Assembly (NCBI GenBank): GCA_040357565.1
Contig: JBDODJ010000106.1
Source: Cercozoa sp. M6MM
Lineage: Eukaryota; Protista; Endomyxa: Ascetosporea
Strand: one strand, 5' to 3'
Length of the DNA: 39,166 nt
A program made the translations under genes and the position numbers. The stretch's first letter is position 1. The number at the start of each line of letters is the position of its first letter. The notes under the pieces are model-generated. The model saw nothing but the letters and a program-made list of their open reading frames with translations. It did no database searches and had not been told where the DNA came from. Positions 14,176 to 23,648 of the stretch are shown piece by piece.

Positions 14176-14302
14176 GAGAAATAGCTCCAGAAACGCACGT
14201 AACGCGCGCCGTTCTTCCTGTTGAGCCAATCGTGTCAGACAAATAAATTAATGCGCGAGCAACAAAGAGGAAAGGATACTTGAGCCGGTCGAAAAGTTCC
14301 AT
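13449..14302 (-). CDS. Orphan multi-pass membrane protein, paralogue B (convergent to A)
   Basis: Spliced: MELFDRLK-KNGARYVRFWSYFSLVAACYNTTKWPW...LAVVLHFSA-TWTIRAENPGYLVNVTFLLFALTCGLTYGYFSWKR-CKGP...LLGAVFCVNSGPLGDYAVIIGTSIQKLF*. Many synonymous differences from A outside the identical tract support coding status. Confidence 0.8.
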
Positions 14303-14618
14303 TTTGGCCGGGAAAGTCGTTGTGGGACACGGATTAGGCACCTATGGCACTGGAAATTGTAGCGATGGAGCTTTGTGTGCCTTTGAAGTCGCCTGCAAAG
14401 ACTGCAAGTCAGGTGATACCAAAAAGGGTCCACACGGAAGCCACGACTCAGACCGTCAGTCGGCCCAAAAATCATCATTGCTTGCAGCAAGAACTCGACA
14501 GCCGAAGAAGCCTGCAGAGTGTTTGCGTGTTTAGGGGAATCTGTAGACTCGCGTGCAAAGGCTGAGGCTGTTGCAGTTTGGTTCGAGCAAGTTTCTTCTT
14601 TTTTTTGGGTGCCAAAAG

Positions 14619-17122
14619 ATGTCGGCGTCGGGCGATCGCGTTCTCCGCAGTCGCTCGGTGAAGCGCGAGCCGCTGCCCGCTAATGTGGCAGCAACTTCCA
14701 CGAATGGTATTAGCTTGTCTTCGTGCGTGTCAGTTTTGCATTTGCAAGCGCGTTTTTGCCTTTTCGAATGTGCTCATGCTTTGCATGCACAGGTCAGCTG
14801 GAATCGACGCACCACGAACCGGTGAAGCGCACATTTTGGCAGTTTGTGCGTGCCTCGCTGCATTACGTTGCGATCGTTGTTGTCTTCGGCGGTATCTTGT
14901 GTCTCTGTTCCCTCATGAATGAATGAAGCCAAGATGATTTCTGTCTGTTTAGTTCTGCACTACAACCTCACGCCGATCTGGGATCCGCGTGCTACGAGTG
15001 GCTGCACCCTGCCCGGCGATAGCGTGATCAACTCGGTTCGCAATAAAGCGTCCGCATTGTGCCAGCTGTGGGGAACTTCGAACTGGGCGCTCTGCAAGGG
15101 CAGCTACGATGTACCTTCACTTCACTTCGCTGCCTCAGAACTTCGCTGCCTCAAACCGAGTTTGTTTCGTTACAGCTGTCGCGCTACCCGACTGCACCGT
15201 ACTTGCCACCGTATGTGACCAACTTGCCAGCCACGCAGAGCTATGCCAGTGGCGGTCTACGTCGCGTCTTCACCGAGCTTATTTGGACCAACATCGGTGC
15301 ATTTTGCTTAGAAGCACTGTTTTGTCTCTGTGTCAATGTGTCTTTTCTTTTGCAGTCTCGGCATTCTACGGCCGTGTGACTTTGAAGGAAACCGAAAGCG
15401 TTCACTTCAAGGAGCCGTACGTTCTATTTTGCACTGCTTTCCTTTCTTTACAGCTATTCAATGGCGCTTCCTCTCAGATCGGAGTACGGTGTGCTCTTTG
15501 AATCACGCTTTGGCCAAGTGACGCCTGGCGAGCCGTACCGTCACGCTTTCTTCGTGATTGTTTCGCACATTACTCATCTGTATCTGTGAGCAGACTGACG
15601 TTTAGTGTGGGGAAGCCGATGTCGAACATTGAGAACGACCGCCTGTGGGCGCATCACTTTGTCGGCGGCATCAACCCCATGGTACGCGCCCACAACAGAT
15701 CTGCAAAAGACGAGCGAGAAACTGTTCAAATGCTTGTTTCACTCGCTCGTCAGATAATTGAGCGCGTCAGCAACGTCGACGAGGCTCTGGAAGTGATGGG
15801 GGCCACCGCTGACAAACGCGATGTGATTGTGAAAGTACTTTTTTCTCACTTAGAATCAATACATTAACGGAGAAGAATTACATTTGTCTTAGTTCCTGGC
15901 GGAGAAGACAGGTGGCACCAAGGACAACGCCTTCCGTGGTCGCCTGGTATGTGAAACTGCACATTTATGCGTTGTGTTGTGTATTGCTGAGCACATAGTT
16001 CCTTGCCGACTACGGCGAAGTCGCCGACGTTCGCTCGTTTGTCGAGGGACGCGTGGTTCAGTAATTTGTCTGCCCACCAGAGAAAATTTAGACAGCTGAT
16101 CGGCTTGTATACTTTGACTGAATGCAGCTCGCCGGCAGTGCTGTTCTACATGGTGGCTCGCTCGGCAACGACGGACATGGACATCGACGACACGCCCGGC
16201 AATGGCAGTGACGGCTCCGTGTTTGAGCTGCTGCCTGTGGTACCTTCTCCCATGTGTGTTCTGTGAGCGCATACTCACCGCATGCGTACGTTTGCACAGG
16301 CCATCCAAGTAACAAGTGGCACTTCCAAGGAGCCGCAGTACAAGCAACATCTGCTGCTTTCGCCGACGCTGTTCCCGACTTTTGATGACGAGTGCGAATT
16401 CTCGCCCGCAGAGAGCGTCAAGATGTGGTATCTACCTGTCCCTCTGTGTACCTTCTTTGTCTACCCAGTTGTCGCCAGGAACTTTGCCAAGTTGTGCGTC
16501 ATGACGGCCGACAGTCACGTGCACGAGTTCGTGTCGCACTTGGGCGAGACTCACCTCGCCGTGGAGCCAGTACTTTGAGGATTTCTGAAGCTACTACTGC
16601 TCTGTGTAGCTGCGCACATGTGATGTCCAGGTGGCTGCCACGTTCTTTGCGCACTTCCCGGCTGAGCACGCGTTCCGGCACAACTTCCAGCAGCACTTCT
16701 ACGGCACGCTCGCTATCAACAACCTGGGGCGTGCGACGTTGCTGTCGCCTGGCGGTATGTTCGACGAGGTCTCGTCGGCAGGCTACAAGGGCGCCTTGCA
16801 GCTCATGAATGCGCACTTTGAGCGACACTGGCGTTACATGCACAAGGTGCACTTGGCATCTTACTATGTATGTATGCTGTGTATGGAAGAGTTCTTGGAT
16901 AGGCGTCTTTCCCGCGTCGCACACGCCAGCGTTTCTTCCCACAGCTCGAGAACGACACCACACTGGTGCCCAGTTTACCCTGTGTTTCTCCGTGTTTCTC
17001 TCTGTTTAGCACCGGATACTGTTCATTCAGTCGGAGCGCGAGAAGGACGAGAAAACGCTCGCTCTGCTTGATCAGCTGCTGCCGTTCGAAGACGATCCTG
17101 ACTGTATCCTCTTTGTGCCAAC

Positions 17123-17203
<81 letters not shown>

Positions 17204-17303
17204 NNNNNNNNNNNNNNNNNNNNNNNNNNNNNNNNNNNNNNNNNNNNNNNNNNNNNNNNNNNNNNNNNNNNNNNNNNNNNNNNNNNNNNNNNNNNNNNNN
17301 NNN

Positions 17304-17349
<46 letters not shown>

Positions 17350-18582
17350 TTTATACGTGGGTACGGACGCAGACAAGGACACGATGGAGCAGATTCTGCC
17401 TTGGGACTTCACCTACGCTCAAGTACCCTTTGCGCAGAACGAGTTTCAATGTGTATACTGGAGCGTGTGCAGGACGGCGCGCACATCTGGCGCATCTTCC
17501 AGGACTACGTTAAGGTTCTTGTCGATCAGGTATTCATGCGCACTCTTTTTTGTGTTTGACAGGTAGTGGATGTTGTTTGCACAGTCCTTCCCGGGTCTGC
17601 CGTCCTGCAGTGCCGAAACAATCGACGAGAGTGCTGTGGATCCCTACCTGCGTGGTATGTGCCATTTGCATAGGCGTGCATTGATGAAGGGTAGTTGTGT
17701 TCCCTCAGTACTCTATTCATACACACGCAGAGTTCGTCCAAGATCTCCGTCGTATGTCGCTCTACGAGGACGCTTTCCCCGAGGGCCGCGTGTGCCGCGA
17801 GGCTACGACGGCCTTCTTCACGACGACTCTGTGGGTCGCCTCGGCGCAACACTCGGCGTACCCTCTGACATACCCGGCGGGGGAGAGAGAGGACTTGCTT
17901 GACTGAGTGTGGCTTGCAGCGTGAACTTCGGTCAGTACGACATGTACGCTTTCCCGCCGATCCGCGCGCTGATGCAGCAGCTGCCGTTCCCGCTGGCCAA
18001 CACTGGTAACATTCACTGTGTCAATAGGCAAGTGTGTGTGTGTGTATGCTCATATGGGCAGACGATGGCACGTGTCCATCGGCATCGGCAGCGAACGAGA
18101 AGCTGTACGTGCAGGCGTTGGCGTCGCTTCGACAGACCATCAACACGATGCAAGCTGCTACGGTATGTCCTTTGTACACCGTGCCCTTTTGCTTGCTTTA
18201 GTACGTCTGTGTCGCAGAGCCTCAGCATCATGGTGGCCACCCCGCTGACGCAGGGACTGGAGCGCACCGTGTGGCAACAGGACGGCAAGGGCGCCATCGA
18301 TCATGCACGCTTCGTCGCTCTGGAGGTACCCTTCCTTCTCACCGTGACCCACCGTCATATCTATGATACTGAATGTTCTTGCTCTGCAGAAACTCAGCGA
18401 CCTCGAGAACCGCCAGAAGCGCCGCAACACGCACCTGCAGGACGCCGGTTACTTTGTAGGACACCTCACTTTTTCCCTGTCTGTCTCTGTATTAGTTTGT
18501 TCACTTTTGCGTGGCTTGATGCTCCCGACAGGAGTACCCGTGGCTCATGCCGAACAACATGGCCACGTCGATCGACATCTAG
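14619..18582 (+). CDS. LOX: Iron lipoxygenase, multi-exon, with N-terminal hydrophobic anchor
   Basis: DRLWAHHFVGGINPM, W-NFAKLCVMTADSHVHEFVSHLGETHLAVEP (His-x4-His), QHFYGTLAINNLGRATLLSPGG, DGAHIWRIFQDYV, ASAQHSA-VNFGQYD, and C-terminus YPWLMPNNMATSIDI* (terminal Ile). All five canonical metal ligands are present. Confidence 0.95.
17124..17346. repeat. (GT)n microsatellite in a LOX intron, with a 100-N gap
   Basis: Direct reading; N run at 17204-17303. Confidence 0.95.
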
Positions 18583-19047
18583 ACTCACTGCTTTTGCGTC
18601 GTATTATTGATATGCTGTGCGCGAACCAACTCGCATGCGAGCTCCACTACCTTGCTTGCCACTGACGTACGCGCGTTGCCTCTCCGCACCGATACCGGCG
18701 TCGCGCTACTTGGTAACATCTGAAGATAGTGTAGTACGGATACTCTACTGTACTACTTTTTAATCCAGTACCATACCCTCATGGCACGGACTACCGTACG
18801 CGCTACTGAGTACAGTGAGTTAGAAACTGACGTGTGCCGGCAGAATCGAACAGGACGGGCAGTACACTTAGCAAGCGTAGTAGTTCGCGTCGAGCTGACC
18901 CACCCCAGACTGGTGCAGGGGAACTACATAGTTGGTTTCCTGGAAGACTCAACTAACTAGTTCGCGTCGGTTTTACAAGTATGTTACGTTACAGACGAAA
19001 CGGCGGGCAAACCTGGGAAACGTCACCGCACTCCTTTCTTTGAAGGT

Positions 19048-19285
19048 TTAGTTGAGAGCAAGGACAGCGGCGACACCGAAGGCAAGCGTGGCCGACACCG
19101 AAGCAGCCGACGAGCACGGGCTGATCTTGCTCTTCTTGATCTCCTGGCACACGGTCTTGCTGTCGTTGACCTCACAGACGGCGTCGTTGTACTTCTTCTC
19201 GGCCTCCAACGAGAGCTGGAAAGCGGCGTAGGCCTTGTCGACGATGTAGCAACCGTTCGGCACGAGCATGCCAGACTGCCCAAAA

Positions 19286-19333
<48 letters not shown>

Positions 19334-19343
19334 NNNNNNNNNN

Positions 19344-19391
<48 letters not shown>

Positions 19392-19911
19392 AGTAACTAA
19401 ACACACCTGTTGCTTGAAGTCGTACTCGAACTGACCATCGACATCCGAGTCTGCACAAACATTGCATCTACATCGGATGTGCGGACTGAATGAAAGAGGC
19501 AGTACCGGCATGACGGCCCTTGCCCTGCATCTCTCGGCAGCTGTGCTGCAGGTCGACGCCCGACGGGATCTTGAAGTCGTCCGGGTTCACGGCGCACTCA
19601 AAGTCGCAGTTCTCGCGCTTCTTGTTGAGCTCGAAGTCCTTGAGGCCCTCAAGCTTGCAGTTCTTCTCGATGCAGCGGTCCACGGCGTCATCGTAGTCCG
19701 ACAAGGCCTGTTTGCAGGCTTCGTCCTCCTGGCAGGCCGCCATGCGCTCCACGCACTTGTCACCGGCAAGGAACTGCATCTGGGCCTGGACGGCAGCAGC
19801 GAGGGCAAGAACCTGCGCAGACAGACGCCCATCGATCCGAAGTTGCGCATAAAACACCGAAAGAGACGCGCGCCCAATTCAAGCGCGTAGAAGTGTTACC
19901 AGGAACTTCAT
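19048..19911 (-). CDS. Secreted Cys-rich, probably GPI-anchored surface protein (4 exons)
   Basis: Signal peptide MKFL-VLALAAAVQA; Cys-rich helical-looking body CVERMAACQEDEACKQALSDY...; C-terminal small-residue site plus hydrophobic tail SSAASVSATLAFGVAAVLALN*. Strong C/G-ending codon bias. Confidence 0.8.
19287..19390. repeat. (GT)n microsatellite in an intron, with a 10-N gap
   Basis: Direct reading; N run at 19334-19343. Confidence 0.95.
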
Positions 19912-20258
19912 GATGAACGAGGATGAGTTAAAGTCGACAAAAAACAACAGTTCAACGGAATGTTTTGGAGCGAGCACGAGGAGAGCAAGAGGGACTCACT
20001 CTTCGGATCCGTTTCTTACGACCGGTGCGATCATCCGATTTAATCGCTACGCGATCAGTTGGAAGAAGTAGTAAGTCACGAAAAATGGGTCGCCTTTTAG
20101 CATTTTGGGTCGCCCATCATTCACAATCCATGCTCTTGAAGCATACAAGTACTAGTGCACTCAGTACATTCAGAAAATCATCTCGCGTCGAACTTGTCAG
20201 GGTAACGTAAACGCAATGGAGAGTACTTTGGCAAGCTTAACCCATTGGTCTTTAGAGT

Positions 20259-20320
20259 ACACTTGAGTCTTTAAGCCTCAGGACACAAAGACACTTGAGT
20301 CTTTAAGCCTCAGGACACAA
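20259..20320. repeat. Exact 30-bp direct repeat x2 (ACACTTGAGTCTTTAAGCCTCAGGACACAA), 32-bp period
   Basis: Copies at 20259-20288 and 20291-20320. Confidence 0.9.
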
Positions 20321-20327
20321 TGTACGA

Positions 20328-20463
20328 GGGTATGGCGAAGTTTTTCGAGGAAAAACGGAACCCCCCAAACATCTACCCCTTAACCCGGCGTCGATCCCCT
20401 TACCCCCTTAGCCCCTTACCTCTCTTTAATTCTGATTTTGCCTCGAAAAAACCCGCCATACCC
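20328..20463. mobile_element. MITE-like TIR element, copy 2 (136 bp, opposite orientation to copy 1)
   Basis: Ends are GGGTATGGCGAAGTTTTTCGAGG and TTTTGCCTCGAAAAAACCCGCCATACCC. The reverse complement of the right ~55 bp closely matches the left end of the 7458 element. No TSD is visible here. Confidence 0.7.
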
Positions 20464-20774
20464 GGAAGGCGATGAAACACGTCGCGTATGTGTGTACCTT
20501 ACGTTCTATCTGTGTCGTGTAGGTACGGATGTCGACTGGACAACTGCTTAGTAGGCAGCCGACACAATCGACTGGCGTCTCTGCGAGCACACACCCAAGC
20601 ACGTGTATCATTTGCCCATCACCACGCCAGCCGAACAGAGTTGTCCAATCAGTTAAAAGAAAAACCTGTTCCGGCGACCTGGAGGGCAGCAAACGCGCGT
20701 CAACACTCTCATTGACATCACTAAACAATACAGAGGCATCTTAGCTCTTTCCCGATTGAATTAAAAAAGAAAGT

Positions 20775-21159
20775 TCACTCATTTTCTTGCTGCGAGTCAC
20801 CGCGCAAAAACAGGCGTTCCCAGGCCTGTGTGTAAGGTGGGTAAAGAAGGTCAGAAAGATGGGGGGGGGTGCAACCTTGGTGGACGCGAACCACAGGCCG
20901 GCCGCAAAGGCCGACACCGAGACGAGTAGCCACGAGGCCAGCAGGAACATGGCGAGTCGCCAGTTGTCAGTGGCGTCGGCGATGGCGCCTACCAGCATCG
21001 GCGAGATGGCGTCGCCAAAGCAGTGGATCATCACGACCGAGCAGGCCAGTGCAAAGGCGCGGAACCGCGGCGGCACCGACCACATCACCACCGAATTGAT
21101 CGGTGCCAGTTGCGCGAACAGCATGCCCTCTGGGGGGAGGGGTAAGGGTAACGGGTAAA

Positions 21160-21204
<45 letters not shown>

Positions 21205-23412
21205 GGTGGGGGGGGGGGGCTAAAGACGGGTAAACCAGCAAACACGAGCAGCACAAAAAAGAGCGCCGCGCCGACCCAGAAAGCCACAGCGCCCAGTCTG
21301 TACACATACACACTTGTACACACCATACACTGGTTAATTTGTACATAACTGGTGTCCATATGGACTAAGTGGAAGAATAGTTAAAGGGGAGGACAATGGT
21401 ACGGCAAAGCGCCGATCGAGAGACATAGGATGAGGCGCAGTGCACTGCGAATGCCATGCACCGACACATCGCCCGACTGCGACGGTTCCTCCTCCTCTTG
21501 CACCGCCAGTGACGCTGGCGTTTCTCCCTCCTGACTACTGCTCTCGGGGTCCACCACGATCGTCCCGTAGTCGTCGTCCGTGCTTGCTTGCTTCTACGGG
21601 GTCAAGGGTAAGGTGGGGGGGGGGTAAGTAAAGGGGGGTATAAACCTGCGCACGCTTGACGAGCTTGTCCAAGGCGATGCCGCCGGCAGCAGTGCCGAAC
21701 AGTCCTGTCACTGCAGCCACGCCGCCACTGTACACATATACCGCCCATACGTACATATGTACCCCAGTCCATACGTACCCCAGTCCATATGACCCCCTCA
21801 ACACCCCCTCCAAGAGTGTATGCGGTACAAGGCAACGCCGGCCTGGAACATGGACCAGCCGAACACCTTGACAATGTACGTCGGTCCGAAACCGGCGAAT
21901 CCACCGACGACGAACGTCTGCGCCGCGTAGCCCGCCACCGTGCACAGGTACACCTGGGGGGGTAAGGGGGTAAGGGGGTAAACGGAAGGGGGTAAAGGAC
22001 GGTACCTTGTTGCTTGTGAGTGCGTTAATGTTCTCTCTGCAGGGGGAGGTAAAAGAGAGATTAAAATAAAGAAGGGGGTAAGGGGTAAGGGGGGGGGGTA
22101 AAGATGGTAAAGAGGGGAGTGTAAAACCTCAGCGTGGGCTTCTTGTGCGGCGTCGTATCCTCGGAATTGACGTTGCTAACGACGTTTTTGGCCGCGAACA
22201 CTTGCAGCATCGTCTCGGGTCCCTGCACTCATTGACATCCCCATTTAACCCCCTCTCCCCTGCCTGTACTGGAGGTTACCTTGACCAAAAGAGCCATTGC
22301 AACGAAAGGAAGCATCATGAGACCTTGTGCCATCTGCCAAGTGTATCAGATTTATCCACCTCTATATATATATATATATATATACTCCCAGGGTAGGTAC
22401 CAGCATGGTACGCCACCGCAGTGTCTCCTTGATCGCCAGCGTCGACCACACGGCCGCGAAGGAAAAGCCGCCGGCGTAGCCGAGTGGAATCACCGAGAAG
22501 AACACCGAAAGCCACGCCGAGCGACGGTCCGCCGGCGCGTACGTGTCGATGAACGGCGGTGCCAGACACAGAAAACTCGCCTCGCCAATGCCCGTCTACC
22601 AGGGGGAGGGTAAAGGAGGTAGAGGGTGGTATTGAGGAGCGGGGCGAAACACCAGAGTGCGCGACAGCAGCAGCGTCCAGAACTCGGGCGCGAAACCGCA
22701 GCCGAACATGGCGGCACACCACACGAGCAGACCTGTGTGTGTTTTTGCACCAGAAAATAAACGGTACTTCCTGTGTCCATTTGTACCGAATCCCATCGTG
22801 CGAAACGGCCGGTGAAAGTTCGCGATGTGAGCAAACGTTGGCGAAGCAAACTGAAAAACACAAAACAAAACATCACACACTCTTCAGTTTTGCGTGATTT
22901 TGGACAGTTGTTAAAACCGTTCAGATCGCCAAAATACCGTGAAACCAAACATGTAGGCGCCCAAAAGAATGCCTTTCTGGAGGTCGGACACCTCCAGATG
23001 CTCCTCAATGTCGTCCTGCCAGGCAATTATATTTCGTATTTCGCACGCCAGGTCACACAGAGATCAGTAGCAACTTAAACTACCAGAACGACGGCAAATG
23101 CTCCGCGATCGATGTAAGTGATAAATGAGCACATTGTAAACATGACCAGCATGCCTGAAAGCACACATCATTTCCATGGGCTGTGATCTACGTATCGAAC
23201 ACGATACGCTTCGGAGTCAACCACGTGCGCTTGCCGTCCAGGTGGAAAACATCATTTTGCTCCCTTTCGTCACTCAGCGGGTCCAACTGGGCATTGGGAG
23301 CAAGAAATACAACAAGACACACACTTGAACAACGAACTGCGACGATTTGCACTGTTTTGAAAATCAATCTGATGCCACATTGCTGAAAGTGTACCAAATT
23401 CTGCTCTGACAT
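20775..23412 (-). CDS. SPNS: Spinster-family MFS transporter, multi-exon (start tentative)
   Basis: WLTPKR-MLVMFTMCSFITYIDRG, ALTGIGEASFLCLAPPFIDTYAPADRRSAWLSVFFSVIPLGYAAG, VAGYAAQTFVVGGFAGFGP, TGLFGTAAGG, and APINSVVMWSVPPRFRAFALACSVVMIHCFGDAISPMLVGAIAD, all Spinster-like signatures. Confidence 0.9.
21162..21220. repeat. (GT)n plus poly-G run in a Spinster intron
   Basis: Direct reading. Confidence 0.9.
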
Positions 23413-23648
23413 CGCGGGACGCTCTGATTCGCTTCAATCGAGCGTCTAAGAGCCCCGAGATCCACAATAAGCACCGTCGGTACCCAAATACGCACACCCA
23501 GAGACAACACTGTAGCCATTCTTTTTGATTGATTCTCCTTTCTCACGGAATGAGCGTCCATACCCGCTAATACACAGTGATTTTACTCTTTTCTTACAAT
23601 CTGTGTGCCGCTGACTCGTACTGCTGGTGCTGTGCAGAAAAATGGGGC

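Noticed and set aside
16966-17566. VCVCVC and THTHTH ORFs suggesting metal-binding proteins (also 19023-19511 and 20741-21359)
   Set aside because: Translations of (GT)n/(CA)n intronic microsatellites, some containing N gaps.
18583-19047. Possible ncRNA in the LOX/surface-protein spacer (TAGTTCGCGTCG occurs twice)
   Set aside because: No tRNA cloverleaf, C/D or H/ACA box arrangement, or snRNA motif that I can support.
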